Both the position numbers and the translations under genes were made by a program. From the NCBI GenBank assembly GCA_051294905.1, contig CM119381.1, forward strand, positions 8,804,001 through 8,868,000: 64,000 nucleotides of DNA, given 5' to 3'. Below, one piece after another: positions 25,501 to 39,700 of this stretch. Each line of letters opens with the position of its first letter. The stretch's first letter is position 1. This DNA comes from Botryllus schlosseri. Taxonomy: Eukaryota. Below the pieces are notes generated by a model, which saw only the letters and a program-made list of their open reading frames with translations, made no database searches and was not told the DNA's origin.

Positions 25501-27654
25501 AGATACATAGAATTTTCAGGAACAGGAGTATTACTGCATTCGGATTTGATAACGAGCTATTGATCAAGTGAACGTTTCTGGTTGTATACTCTAATTTGGT
25601 GCACAATTTTCCATCAAAAACACCCCATCCAATTGCCCCTAACGAACATCTAATTCCTTACTCGTTCAGTCGGGAATGCAATCAGACCAGGAGCGCCGTG
25701 GTCCGAGAAGAACACAAAAACATGGTCATCAGGTCCACTGTCAATGACTTTCCCACTACCGACATTCTTCATGATATCTTTTTTCCCGGTCAAAATGCTG
25801 ATAAAGTTATCTGGCGTGACATCCTGGAAAGGAAAAACCCTTAATGTCTACAAAGGTCACATGATTTCCTACACAGTACGATGTCACATCATGTTCCTAC
25901 ATCTGCAAATGACAGCTCGTGATCAAGCATGTGAGCAATACCAGGTTACGAGCAATATTTCCTGTAGTCATCTGTTTTTTGGCCATTGATCTTGTTTGCA
26001 CATGCCTTTAAACTTACATACCTCGCCGACATAGTCCTTTGGAACACCTTGGTACACATTAGGACCATCCGGATGGTTGATCAATTCCCCTTTCACGGGA
26101 TTCCTAAAAAGCAACCGTGTCAGAATATGGCAAATAAAGATACATAATGCATCACATGATGAGTTGGCAAATAACTCTGAAAAAGCACTGATGCAGTAAA
26201 ACACAATACGGTAGGTGTTGGTACCAGTTCAAAGTGTGGAATAGAATAGGCCTATATTTTCAAGCAAGTTCATCATTCACATAGTTGAAAATTGAAATAT
26301 ATTATCAACTGCCGTCGTTCACTAAAGATATATTTTTTCTGGACTATTCCGCAGCGCACACAACTGCTGTGTGTCATCCCACGCTAAATCGCAAGAAATA
26401 TAGCTCATGAACAATGCCAGCTGACCCAGTGGCTCATACAAAACCTTTTTGGTTCACGATACAACAGGTCAAATAAAATACAATATGACAGAATTAATGG
26501 CAGAAAAAAGAGCTAACATGCAATGAAAATTAACAATTGAAGTCTTTTCCATGAAGAAAACTACTTTTTGCAGATATTGCTTTGCAGCACAATGGGTCGG
26601 TTAAGTCACAAGTAAGGGCTAAACGTATAATTTTTAAGCAATAAGAAGCACTATATATCCAAACTTACTCAGGAGCATTAGCGATGTCGTCATACATCAT
26701 CACCACAATCTGCTCATCTGGAATACCATGACCAGACACAACCTGATAAGCATGGCAGATATCGGCCTGTAGAAATGAGCAACAGGGTTACAAAGATCCC
26801 GTTATCATGCGAGCAATAATTTTTTTCATAATTTCATGCATGTTTGGCACAGTATGATTAGTCCCTTACGACATAATTTAAAGTAAGCAGTTAGACAACA
26901 AGGTATTCTTCTCTTCATGAAATATTCAAAATTTCATTGTGATGTATCATTGCCAACATATTTCAGTGTTTTTGCTGAATATATTTCATAATTGCAGCAT
27001 GACATTGTGCACAAAGCATCATCACAAATGCATGCTTGTCTTTTTGATAGTACCTGATGTATGCAGGAGCGAATTGCTAGTAATCGTAGTAATCTATTGT
27101 GCTACCAGCCTTAAATACACAATAGGCATAAAATTGGAAATATAGCAGAAAAATAAAGATGTTCTTTGTTTACTTCATTCAACTTCTCTTCAAATATAAT
27201 TAGCTGTTACGGACAGGCTGGGATTTTGGTTAGAGATCAGAATTGAACAAAATGTTGAGACCGCGTCTCATTAACTCATGCAGGCATGCTATCCTAGTCA
27301 GAATGTCTTCAGTCTCAACTAACGCATTCAATTTTTATGCTATAAATGGTTATATTTGTTGTACACAAGAGTATCGTATTCATGACATGCACCAGGGTCA
27401 AAAAAGCAAGGTTTATTAGGTGCTACGCTGCAAATGCTGCATTACCACGTCCATATGCATTGCACAAACTGTACCTGATGTCTGTAATTGTAGTAGTTGC
27501 TTGATCCGGCTACTAGAAGTGCCCATTTTTTGCCTGTAGCACTGGGGGATTTCTTCATTTGCAGACTTAGATCTTCAAGGTTGCCCCTCACAAATTCATA
27601 TTCAGCAACGCACGAAGCGACGGCCACGGAAAAAATAATAGCAAAACGCAACAT
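22576..27654 (-). CDS. LGMN: Legumain / asparaginyl endopeptidase (peptidase C13), final exon unresolved
   Basis: Exons on the complement: 27475-27654, 26669-26766, 26022-26103, 25662-25823, 25018-25080, 24765-24953, 24613-24702, 24463-24540, 23373-23489, 22576-22811. All are GT-AG and phase-consistent. Motifs: signal peptide [41 protein letters not shown], catalytic His in FSDHG and Cys in IEACESG, and a prodomain DDVPSPDV...SCY...CY...KLYILANLC. Confidence 0.93.
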
Positions 27655-28022
27655 GATCAACTCAAAATGCTACAGAACCTGTAGAGATAGAATCAGGATG
27701 AATAACGGTTGCACACAGAAGTTACATCGATCATGATCGGTATAACTATTACTGGTACCTTCTAGTCGCCCGAAAAGTCAAACAATTGCACCCTCCCGGC
27801 TCAGGGTCATACGCCTTTCGGCCTTTGTTCAGTACCAAGCTTACAATACGACGAATGACCGCCCCGGGTTGTGATTATTACTAGTAGTTGTTGTTTTGAT
27901 CACGAGACTTAATAAATTTCGATTTGTTTCCGCATGACTGGCTGTTCAACGATTTGCCTCTCTCAGTCCAGCTCAAAATGAGAGAGTGATGAGTGAATCT
28001 TTATATTCATTATGCATCAAAC

Positions 28023-28511
28023 GGAGAGAGAGAGAGAGAGAGAGTCTTTATTTTCATCCATCCAAAATACATAACACACGGCAGTGATGGTGGTACAGAA
28101 AATATGCATGCACAGTATTCGGTATTGGATAGGAATGATCGATAAAACCGTGAAGGTCATCTAGTCTGATCACACCAGCATCAAACAGGTACACTTGACC
28201 CTAAACAATCTGGCTGTAAAAAATGTTAGTTAAAAAAGGAAAATAAAGGAAAAATTAAACGATGGTAGCAAATGATCAATGAAGCAATGTCTGGGCGAAG
28301 TAGGGCAACAGTGTTAGTATAACGACAAGAGGTGATCAAATAAGTCTTTTTTTAATCTATCATAAGGCAATTCACGGATATGTGGTGGTAAAGCATTCCA
28401 GATGATAGGTCCCGAGTAGTCGATAGATCTCTTAGTTAGGTTGCCATTGGGTGGGGGTAAGTAGATATTTCCTTTTGACGAGGACAAACAGACATGAAAA
28501 CATGGCAACAT
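28023..28511 (-). mobile_element. LINE 3' end (ORF2 C-terminus plus UTR) with (TC)n tail
   Basis: The minus ORF 28314-28511 contains IYLPPPN...KRSIDYSGPIIWNALPPHIRE, a typical L2/CR1-clade ORF2 terminus. The tail is aataaagac(TC)n. A second degenerate UTR copy lies at about 28520-28800. Confidence 0.75.
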
Positions 28512-29463
28512 GGAGACATTGTACAGTATTCGGTATCAGATAAGAATGATGATTACGACTTTCGAGGTGAATTTGTCTAGTCGTACCCGAATCAAACCGG
28601 TACACTATAGAATGAAAACATGTTTACATTCTATAGGTACACTTCCTCTGCAATAATCTGTCTGTAACTATAGAATGATAACAATGTTTACATTCGATAC
28701 TGTAACGAATATATAAGATTTTAAAAAGAAGAAAAAATTAATGATAGTAGAAAATGAATGCAAAAATCAATGTCTGGGCGATGTCGGGCGTGTTAATACT
28801 TTCCTTTAACGAGCTTGTCAACCTTTTACATTCGGTCGATCACAACCAAACAGCAATTGACAACCCTGTTAGGCCATAACCGGATCCTTGAACTTCATCA
28901 ACGATAGCGTCTCGACTTGTACGGTTATTTGACCAGTCCCAGCAATTCGCAAACGTAAATTAAAATTTTTGCTGCATAATTTGTACTATATACAGCCTAC
29001 TGCGGATCTATACGGCGGTGGCTCTTTCAGTGGGCCTTCCCGGTGAGCACGAGACATGCGTCTATGGAAGATTTGGACAATGTGTGGCCTCCGGGCCAAA
29101 CGGCCCGCGACGGGATTTTAAGCGACCCTCGAAAAGTTAGCGGGAATTCAGAACATAAAGCCTATACTTTTGCATATTAATCCGTCGACTAAAATCATAA
29201 GCTGTATAATCTGAACCGGACATTTTCACATGAGGTCTGTTCATTATCTGTCGCGATTACGTCACCTACTCACTTCGTACGAGCACTCGAGCAGTCTTAA
29301 TCCAGATTCAAAATAAAGTCCCATTGTCCCATTTTAACGCTCCGTGCTTCAAATTAATACGTGGTACGTTTTCAAATCCCTAATTCGTAAAACGAGTCAA
29401 TCGTGCTATTGACTACTACTTACCAGCCACCATCATTCGCATCACCACGATGAACAGGCGGAC

Positions 29464-29625
29464 ATGTCAAAAAAGAGGCGAGGGCCTACGGCCGAAATTT
29501 CAAGAAGATTCGGAGCACTAAGTATTTGTCAGATATGAACCCGTCATTCTAGTTTGTGGTGAGCAGGTCGACATGGAGTATAATTTAAGTCGCTCATGGC
29601 AAAGACCATGAAGACAAACACTCGG
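29464..29625 (+). pseudogene. Relic of the N-terminus of a Charlie/SPIN/GTF2IRD2-type hAT transposase
   Basis: Broken frames give MSKKRR, RNFKKIRSTKYL and LVCGEQVDMEYNLSR, resembling the MSKKRK..R.F...W...YF...CLIC.E.VAV.KEYNL.RH motif. A ggcccgcg-type hAT subterminal sequence lies upstream at about 29030-29130. Confidence 0.45.
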
Positions 29626-30308
29626 CTGAGGGTGGGCGAATTTCGAAAGCACTGCTACTTTTCATCAAAAACAAGGCTAAATCACCAAGCTGCACAGTGC
29701 ACAAGCACACTGTTCGAGATGCAGCGCCCAAGACAAGCTTTGTAGTATCCTAGATACATGTTAATGTCTTAATAGAAAAACGTATCCGTGGGTAAAAAAG
29801 GGTCCAATATGTATCATGTTTACCATTGTTTCGAATTATGAAGGCGAATAAATATTATTTCTTGTTAATTACCCTCTCTTTCTCATTGCCTATCAATAAA
29901 TCCAATGAGCAGCATGTATTGACATTGTAAATCACTGATTTCAATTTAGAAATACAATTAATGCGCCGCAAAATGAAGCTAACATTTTTGACGCGACCCG
30001 CTAACATATTTTCTGCTTTTCATTTGGCTTTTCAAATATTGCTTGAAAAAAGTATGTTATTATCAATAGTTGTCTAATTATGCCATAATTGAGAGCTTCC
30101 GAAAAAAATATAGTATGAACTACGGACTATTTGCACGATGATTATGACCACGGGTCATACAAATACCTTATAACAATGTAGTCCTCGCTAAAGATGTTTT
30201 TGTCCTGTAAAGACAGGGGTCGAAATCCTTTTTCGTTAAAGGAGTCATATTCACGCTATATTTTCAATCGTCAATGTCAACCCACTTTGACGTAACAACT
30301 AAATATGA

Positions 30309-30660
30309 TAGGGTTACCATACGTCCTCCTTTTTCAGGTATTTGAAAATGTCCTCCGATGACTCCCCAATGTCCTCCCTTTTCAGATTTTGTCCTCTTTT
30401 TTGAGAATTTTGGTCAAATTTAGCTCAGGCGAGCATTTCGGGAGTCGAGCCGGAAAAATGACTTTTTTTTTAGTCAACCACCTGTAAACGTGAAGGAAAA
30501 AACTGTATTTCGGGCGATGGGCGAGATAGTTGACCTTTTTTAGTCATCCGACCACGAAGTGTGCTAAAATTTAGTTTTCTCAAGATTTTTTTCCGGAATT
30601 CTGGGTTTGAAAATTTTGAAAAAGTGACCCCTTTCCCGATTCCAAAATATGGTAACCCTA
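30309..30660. mobile_element. hAT-like MITE (TAGGGTTACCAT family)
   Basis: TIR TAGGGTTACCAT...ATGGTAACCCTA with a perfect TSD aaatatga. Confidence 0.9.
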
Positions 30661-33359
30661 AAATATGACGTCATGGCTAAAAAACGGCAACAACAAAACA
30701 AAAGCAAAAAAAAACAATCATAAACATGGTTTAAACAAGGGCCATGTTTTAAACATGTTTGTTTTTAATTGATTTTTGTTTTAAATGCAACCCTAGGAGC
30801 AGGGAGGAAAACAGTTTCAGTATAGCCTATCTCTCCAGGTTTGGTATTCCGATCCTATCTATTCTGTCATGCAATCAAGAAACGAGGTGAATATTCATTT
30901 ATTAGCTGTCGGTATCATAAATCGTTGGAATTTAAGGCTAATAATTGCGAGTAGAATTGATCGTTGCACTGTAACCTTCATGGCAACTATGTGTTATGTT
31001 CATGCTTTTACGTTGGTATCGTTTGATTCTTATATGTAGAGGACTAGTAATAGCGCCAATCACTATTTCCTTGTGGGCCTTACGTTGTATTTATAATATA
31101 CCCCATGTTCTGTTATCTACTTCTCTGCTGTTCAACTGCACTGCACAGTGCACAATGCACAATGCACATTGGTTTCGTATTGGAAGCTCGTAGTGAATGT
31201 TTGCTGTACCAGTGTACCTGCGATTATTATGAGGCCGTACGTAATAGCTCATTTGTCAGAACGCGCGAGGTCATGTGAAGTTATTTCGAAGTTGGAGATG
31301 ATGGCCTCCAGCAAGGAAATAAACCATTTATTTTCATCTGATGCAATATACCTGATTGGCTTATGCTTCATTGCATCACTCGCTACAATGGTCGATAACT
31401 CGATATGCATTGGTATTGGAGTTTAAAAAACAGACGGATAGCCTACTTCTACTAATTGACTATTGGCCAAAGGCCATACTTGATATAAAATTTAATTTAT
31501 GACATAATGGGTGAGCCAAATAGCACTGAACTTTTCCCAAGTGGTTTTCTTTAACTAATACACATATACTATTTAAACTCATAAGCGTATAGTCAGTGGG
31601 ACAAGAGGGCTCATGCCTGTGAATAAATGCGAATTGGGAATCGTGCGCGTTTCACCAAAGAAGTATCTCTTTTAGTTTGTTTGGGTATGAGTGAGCGATA
31701 CCAGTACCTTTGGATGGCGACAATTTTTACCGGAGGTCACGAAATAACAGTGTGCGTCAGTTGCAAGATAGCGTATGTTAGTATGAGTCACACTGTCACA
31801 GCTATAACACCAATACGTTGCGGATTCGAGTCCAACCGAGGTCGACTCCATAATCCATTACCAAGTGTAGGAAGTTTATTTAGGCTCCATCTCGTCATCT
31901 GATCCGCGTAATCAAGCGGTGTCTTGTAAAAAGTCTAGAAGTGGGCCGTGCTACATGTCGGCAGAAACAGAATCATAATAAAGAATAGGCCTGGTGTAAA
32001 TGACCATGGTAGTTGAAAACCACCATTAATACCACAAACAACGGCACATATGATTGTATGAAGTAAATGACAATTGTCCCACTCGCCGCTCAAACATGAG
32101 AAACTCGTAAATAGTCATACCGTGTATAGCTCAAGATGTATAAATAGGCTACGTATCCTAGATCTTTGAAGACGCCGCTTCTATCAGCTCTACCGATAAA
32201 CCCGATAATGAGAACGCATATATGCAAGTACTAATTTTATTGACCAATGTCATTCGTTAACGTGACGACATTTTCGTACTTAGTGCAGAAGTAAATACAT
32301 TGAATTTTCATAACATTAATATTATAACGTAACATTATGTATTTGGGTATCCCTCCAGAAGTCGTGTTCGTCACCCAATAAGGACCCAATACCATGATGT
32401 TTGCCTTAGGCTCTTTATTACGATTGTGGAATAAAAGTTCAGAAATTAGCCCTATTTGAAATATACCGCTTGGCTATTCCGCGTTGGCCATGGATACATC
32501 TTGCAGTTTCGATTTTCGCGGTCCAGACTTCATAACGTTAGTAAGTATTTCGACCACTTCCACAGATTTAGTGTCACAGTGCAACCTCGTGTCATCAATA
32601 ACAATTATCATTTTTCTTCTGGTCTATTTCCTGGTAACGACGGAGCATACTATTAAGCTTTGATTATAGTATTGCATACTATCCTCCGGGCATCATATGA
32701 CTATGATCCAATACACGTGATGTTTTGGAATTAATCAAAGAATTGAAGTATTTTGGATCATGTGATGTTTTGAAATGATGAAAATTAATGACCCCTCTAT
32801 GATTCTTTACATTCCTTCTGCAATAACGACAACACATTCCTAAATCTTTTACCATGTTATTGACTTGTTCATCGATCCGCCGGTTGTTGCGAATCACAAA
32901 GTCGCTGCATAATTTCGGATTCCAGTCAATTTCACGTTGGAATGAATCTCGTTGCTAATAAAGTCCGAATGGATGTGTAGAGCCAAAACACTCCCTCTGA
33001 ATCTCCTCGCTCCTCGGCAGTCTACCATGTTCACCTCGTGGCTTATTAAGTAAACGGAGAATTGATCGGGAATCCAAATTAGTGATAGATTGATGTCAAA
33101 GTAATAATTAGCAATACCAATGCCTCCAGGATAGGCTATTAATTGTATGCCCACGACGCACGGATCACATTTCAATTTATATAGTTTTCCTTCGTCTGAT
33201 AACTATAGAGGATCTCCTCTTTGTTGTCAGAGCTTGCAGTGACGCTTCACTAGATAATCTCAATTTCAAGTTGGGTCACCCGCGGTCCCTCACGCTCGAA
33301 GAAGTTGGTCACTATAGTCACCAACTCACCATAGTGCTTGTCGCTGTGGAACCTATTAC

Positions 33360-34830
33360 TAGGGATGGTGCGAACGTGAGGTTTACGTTCGCGTTCGGTG
33401 TGTGAACCTCACAAATTTAGAGGTATACGCATTCGCAAACGAACCTTGGTAAGGGATGGTGTGAAAATGAGGTTCACGTTCGCGTTCTGTGTGAACCTCA
33501 GAAATTTAGAGTTTCACGTTCACAAACGAACCTTGATAGGTTCTGCACAGTGAACCATTTTCATATATTACAATATTCCATGTCATTATAAATAGTTGGT
33601 TGACATCCTTTGCATTTCAACTTCGAGCAACTCTTCCTGCATGGCGCTGGCAGCATAAAAAATCAACACTAACCGAGTATGCACCTTGCCAATCTCAAAG
33701 AATTTACTTGCTTTGTTACAAAAGTCTGCTCGAAATATCCAGCCTGCCGTTTGTAAATATTTAGCGACTCTCCGCTGTCAGCTTGACCCGCAATCACACA
33801 ACATCGGAAATGCGCTACATGTAGGCATAGTCAGTGAATTATGCTTATTCAACCATTCAATGAAATTGATATAAAGAATATATGGCTGTCTAATGCAAAA
33901 GATCTAGCAGGCGTACGGGATCGCTTCTGATTTGATATGTTTATTGTACCATAAAAACCAAATCCCTGCGATTGGGGTGTTGGCTACTGTATAAATTGCT
34001 AATGGGGTAATGGAGTATAGAAACTGTAGAAAGTATAGAAACCCGTTTTACATGCTGCTCAATATCAATGTAGCAATAACCAGACGCTGAATTGAATACA
34101 TTGTCCGATCTGGCCAAGACCGACGGCGGAATCTTATATTCCCTTGCAAGTCAGCATGTACTTCAACATTGTGCAACTGTGCATTTATATATCACTTCAA
34201 CCCACTTTCGCGTTCACACGAACTTGAACCTTCCAGAGGTTCACATCATCCCTACTTGGTAAGTTATGCACTGTGAACCAATTTCATACATTAGAATTCA
34301 TACATACGTCATTGGTAGGAATTCCTTTCCAATTCAACTTAGGACCACTCTGTGCATGGCGCTGGCAGCATGCAAAGAAAATCTGCACTAAACAAGCATG
34401 CTTCTTGCCAATTTAAAAATGTTTTGTGAGAAAAGTTTGCTCAAATTATTGAGCTTTTCGTTAGTGAATATTCAGTGATTCTCTATCGTTGCCCGCAATC
34501 ACACAACATCAAGAACGAAATATAATACGAGTATCTATAGCTAGTCACAAAATTATGCTTAGGCTACTTAACCTAATCAATTATTGATATAAAGAATGCA
34601 TCATTGTCTGATGTAAAAAGTCTAGCATATGCGCACGGTATTTTTCTTGATTTGATACGTTTATTGTATCGTAAAAACCAAATCCGCTTGATTGGAGTGT
34701 TGGCCGCTGTATAATTTGTTTTGAGGTAGTATCTGTAGCAAGTGCATAAACATTTGTTCTCTCTCTGAGCGATAACAGACGCCTTAATAATACATTGTCC
34801 GGTCAAACCTAGACCGCTAAGGCGTAAGCT
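33360..34830. mobile_element. hAT-like element (GTTCGCGTTC family) with a second copy of the same family inserted inside it (about 33452-34254)
   Basis: Two left ends (33360 and about 33452). The inner right end is ...catcatcccta at 34254, with cttggta(a) duplicated on both sides. The sequence after 34255 is collinear with the inner copy from about 33535. Confidence 0.75.
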
Positions 34831-36124
34831 TATCTTCTCTGGCTGGTCCTCGTCGATATTGTTGGCAAAGTGACGGAAGATATTGCTGTTATGGAATTAT
34901 TATATAATTTCAGTTTCAGTTAATACATTTTGTGGTGTTGGAGAAAAATCAGTCTGTACATCAGCACTATGGCATAATGCGGTCTGAGTCGTCACTAGGT
35001 ATCGTGTACTTCAATTTATTACGTTACGGAAATGTGCGATTGGGATTAGAAATATGACGTCGCGTGACGCTATAAGTTCGTGTTCAGTGTTCACCAGAGT
35101 TGGATCAATTAGAATAATTCAGTTCAATTACAATTACAATTACTCCCGTGCATGTTTAAATTACATTACAATTACAATTACTCAATGCTAAAATATCAAA
35201 GTACAATTACAATTACAATTACTGTTAAACATGTAATTAATAACAATTACAATTACTGTTACATGCAATTGATTCGGTAGAGAGGTGTTCTTTGACAACC
35301 GTAGCGACGTAATTAGCAACAATCTCAAGCTATTCATGTTTCATTAATGATACTTAGAATACCCTTTAATTAAAAAAAAACTCGAACGTATTCGAACTAT
35401 TCCTAGTCATGAGTACTGAACACTACAAACACAGAAAAATGTTTCAAGCGGCTGTTAATAACCAAAAGTTTGAGCGACTTACAGCGAATAGGCTACAGGA
35501 CAGTCAATGAAATGTAATCAAACGATTAGGCTACTAGGAGCTGAGTGAGGATAATGAATTGTAATTGGTAATGCGTCAGCGATAAGGATGACACCGATAA
35601 GATGTGTAAAATTAAAATAAATGCAAAAGGAAAGAACCTCCTGATAACTACAAATTAAAACATTTTGGTTCGCATTTACATTTTCACTTGCTCGGAAACT
35701 GCTAGATTGCATTTGATGAGCATTAGGGTGCGAAAATTTCTGGCCCCAGTAAATTTGGTCAAGATTAGAGGTAAGATTGGGATAACATCACAACAAATGC
35801 GTGATCAAGTTTGATGACGCCTTGGTTGGAAACTTGAATTTCTTTTTGCAATTGTTGCAGCAAGCCTCGATACTGGTCAGAGATTTAAAAATAAAACTCT
35901 GACCGTGGTGTAGGAAATGGTACCTTCCTTGTCCAGCGGCATATGCACATCATGCACTCATAATATGCATATGCGCAGATCATGTGTATAATGAGTCGGT
36001 GTATATGCCGCAAAAACATCAAGGACAGAAATAAACTACGTCATTTCCTTTCCTTTCAGCACAGGTTTCAGAAGAGTTTATTTGTTGTTCATTCACTTTT
36101 GAAATATGAATATTTAGTTTAGCC

Positions 36125-36442
36125 CACTGATTCTCCAACATTTTTTAGACACGCCCCACTTTATGACAGTGCAATATTTTGTGCCCCACTTATCGTCATA
36201 TCACACAATGAAACCAGAATGTTAGCAATCCTGACAGATAGTTTGATGGTATGGAAGGTTATGAGTGTTGATGAGAGAATTCTACAATATGAAATGCGGA
36301 CTATACACAGAGCAATAGCTATGAAATGGAGTTGAATCGTGCCAAGCGCGAAAAAAAAATCAGTTTACCGGAGTTTCGCGCCCCCCTTCAGATGCTTTCA
36401 CGCCGCCTAAGGGGGGCACGCCCCCCAGTTTGAGAACCACGG
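36125..36442. mobile_element. hAT-Charlie-like MITE
   Basis: Ends CACTGATTCTCC...GAGAACCACGG with a perfect TSD gtttagcc. Other copies lie at 37516-37829, about 48390-48630 and about 58707-58870. Confidence 0.85.
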
Positions 36443-36777
36443 GTTTAGCCTATAATGTAATTCACAAAGTTTTCTGTTGCTACTGAAGTATGGGAAACAA
36501 TTTAGCATGGCTGAATTATCTACTTATAACGCGGCACGCATAGAACACCGATGTAAATAGGCTAATTATTACAGGTGGCGACTGCGTACTAAGGCCTGAA
36601 GGTCTTGCGCCCCTCGTCGTCATCCTGGTCCGTTCCGGATTTTCACTGGTGTGACGAATAAATGATTGATTTATTGATTATTTTATGTTGTGATTGTCAG
36701 GTTTCCATAACAATGTAATTGAAATTGAAATTACGCAAAATTTCCATCAAATTACAATTACAATCACAATTACAATT

Positions 36778-39700
36778 ACACCAAATTTGGATCGATTCCG
36801 ACCAGTAAAAGCCGTGCAATCTTAAATTGAAATTTCGGCGATTTTTTGAAATAATAATATTTACGGTGGCTAATTTCGACATTTCGGGATGACCAAACAT
36901 TTTGTTCCAGGGATGTCTGAAGAATAATTGATGCTTATTTCACGGGTTTACCTCTTGATAAAGGCCTGTGATAGAGTTTAGGTCATGAAATTGCTAATTA
37001 ATGAGATATCTATTTGATACAAATTTGCTGGAAATGAGTCAAAGACATTGAAATAGCATCGTGAAAACGATTGCGATGAAATTAGCAAATATAATACCTT
37101 CAAGGCTGAAATCTAGCACCATGAAGAAAACATTAACTGACAACAGGTAAAATACAGCAAAAGGTATTTCCCAGATCATTATCGATACCCGAAAGTATCT
37201 TTTGTCGGGGTAATGTAGAATTCACGAAATCATCTCGTCGTTGTGGCAGTATTCTTCACAAATCGCAATGCGTTATGATATCTGCTTTGCACGACTCCTT
37301 TATACCACTACGTAGTGAACTACGAGTTATGAGGCATTATTTTCGAATTTTAGTGGATCCGCATCACCCTAGGACAGGGGTTCTCAACCCGCGGCCCGCG
37401 ACATCTTTCATTATAAACGCAAGTACTACTGACACAGTATTGTTACAAATTAATTTCGATACTTGGCACTTTTATTGCACCGTCTCTGTTTCGTTTGATT
37501 GCTCGTTGTTGAATGCAGTGGTTCTCAAACTGGGGCGCGCGGCCCCTAGGGCGTAAAAGCAACTGAAGGGGGGACGCGAAACTGAGATCAACTGAAAAAA
37601 ATGTTCGCGCTGGGCGCAATTTATCTCCAATTCATAGTTATTTCACTGTGTATAGTCTGGTTTCATATTTGAAAATTCTCTCATCAACAGCCATAACCTT
37701 TCATATGCCATCAAACTAGCGGTTTGTATTGCTAGCATTCTGGTTGCATTTTGTGATATGACGTTTGGGGGCTTGAAATTTTTCCCTATCAAAAAGGGGG
37801 GCGTGTCTAAAAGAGTTTGAGAACCACTGCTTTAATGGGGCGTTTCTTGATATATGCTCGACTTCAGATTGTTATTGTTTTGAATCGGTTTTCGGCTGGA
37901 CTTGGATTCAAGAGAATCCCGCTATGTAGTAGGCCCACACTTTTAAAGAGTGTTTGACTCTGCCGACTACGTTACAGACGCATCGTTCAAAATTGCTTGG
38001 AATATGACTAAACCCAAGAAATCTGCTATAGAAGGTGTGATTTCAATAAAACCTTACCATTGTGTGCGAATATTTGCTGTTTCCGGAGCTTAGCAGCAAG
38101 GACAACATCACCTGACAAATTTTTAAGATACAGTCGTCCGATTTATTCGTGACCAGACGAGTACCATCAATGCCAGGCGATATTTTATCGCATGTTCTGA
38201 AACACGTTGCCGCGTAGACTACTTTAACCCAGCCTCGGACGAATCTACCGACTTTTCATAACATATGCAGAGGAAATGCTGGCTGGGCAAACGTGGGGAG
38301 GGGACCAGCGAAAAATATCAACTTGACAAAGCTGGCTTCTGTAACTATTGGTGCAGGGCCCAGGCATGGAAGGAAATGATAAGGGGTGATTGGTTTGCTC
38401 AGAAACGGCCCCGAACGCCAGACTTCTTCTGATATCACCCAGAGCTCAATGTGATAATGGCCTCTGTAACGCAAAAGTTACCGTAATTTATACTTGCTCG
38501 CTCACGCATTGAAACTGAGTTCGGTTCTCTGGTGGTAGGCTTTGAAGTTGCACATACCGACTCGTCAACGAATGCAATCCACGCTCCATGAAATGATTTA
38601 CTTGCGCCGCTATATGATAGGCCTACATATTCTCACAACAAACAGCAGCTGCAAACTTACGAATGCTGTCCATTAATACTTTATAATGCATAAAAATGTA
38701 CTAAATGCCCGTATACGACTGGTAAATAGGCTACAGTAGCCTAAATTTAATAGTAGCCCACAAATACATGGTAATATTATTATGCGGCCCGCAACGTCTT
38801 TTGCTGTTAAAACGTGGCCCGTTATACAAGGGAAGTTGAGAACCCCTTCCCTAGGGGATGTATATCTGGTGAACTCGGGTCAGCCAACAACAGGATGTCA
38901 TGTGACCATTTGGTTGATAATATTGATGACATATCTTCCTCATATCAATAAATCTTCCGAACTATTCCATATCATTCTCGAGATTTGATGTCTTGCCACA
39001 CAATTGTCTTATCTTAACCTATGTGCGACAATGCGTTGTGCTGTACTTCAACAAAAAGAGGCTTTTAGTGATATTGAAAGACCCCAGATGACTCATGTGC
39101 TTCATAAACTTGGTAAGTTACTATTTGGTTTCCCTGAGTTTCCAAGCGAATAAAATTCAGATCTGAAGTAGGCTACCAAACATGTCGATAATTGGCGTGG
39201 GGACTATTCCCAATTGCAATCAGCAGCATTGTACTGGGCCGCTGACCGATGCTATTGCCTTTCGATCTGTTGGAAATTACAAATTTGGAATCATTAAAAA
39301 GTTAGAGTCAATTCAAACTGAGTCAAGGGTAAGCAAACGTTGCACAATTGGTTAAAAATGGTGTATCTACGGGCGTATCTACGAGGTCGTCGTCTCAAAT
39401 ACCTAAACCTGAGACCATCATTTTAGTGAAGTGAATGAGATCATTCCCCGAACATCCGATCTCGAGACACTCGAATTCCCTCAATATAATACCTGGAGGA
39501 TGATGTGGCATCTCTGAAAGTCGAAAAAATGCATGGCAAGAAACAGCTCGCTTGCCAGAGAAATATATAGACACTCTACCGCAGGATATCGGAAAAGCAA
39601 ATGTTACAATGAGTTGTGAAGACAGCATCCACAAGCTTATTTGCTCTGATTACGTGAAATTCACATCGGTGCGACAGAAGCCATCTCTTAATTTTATATA

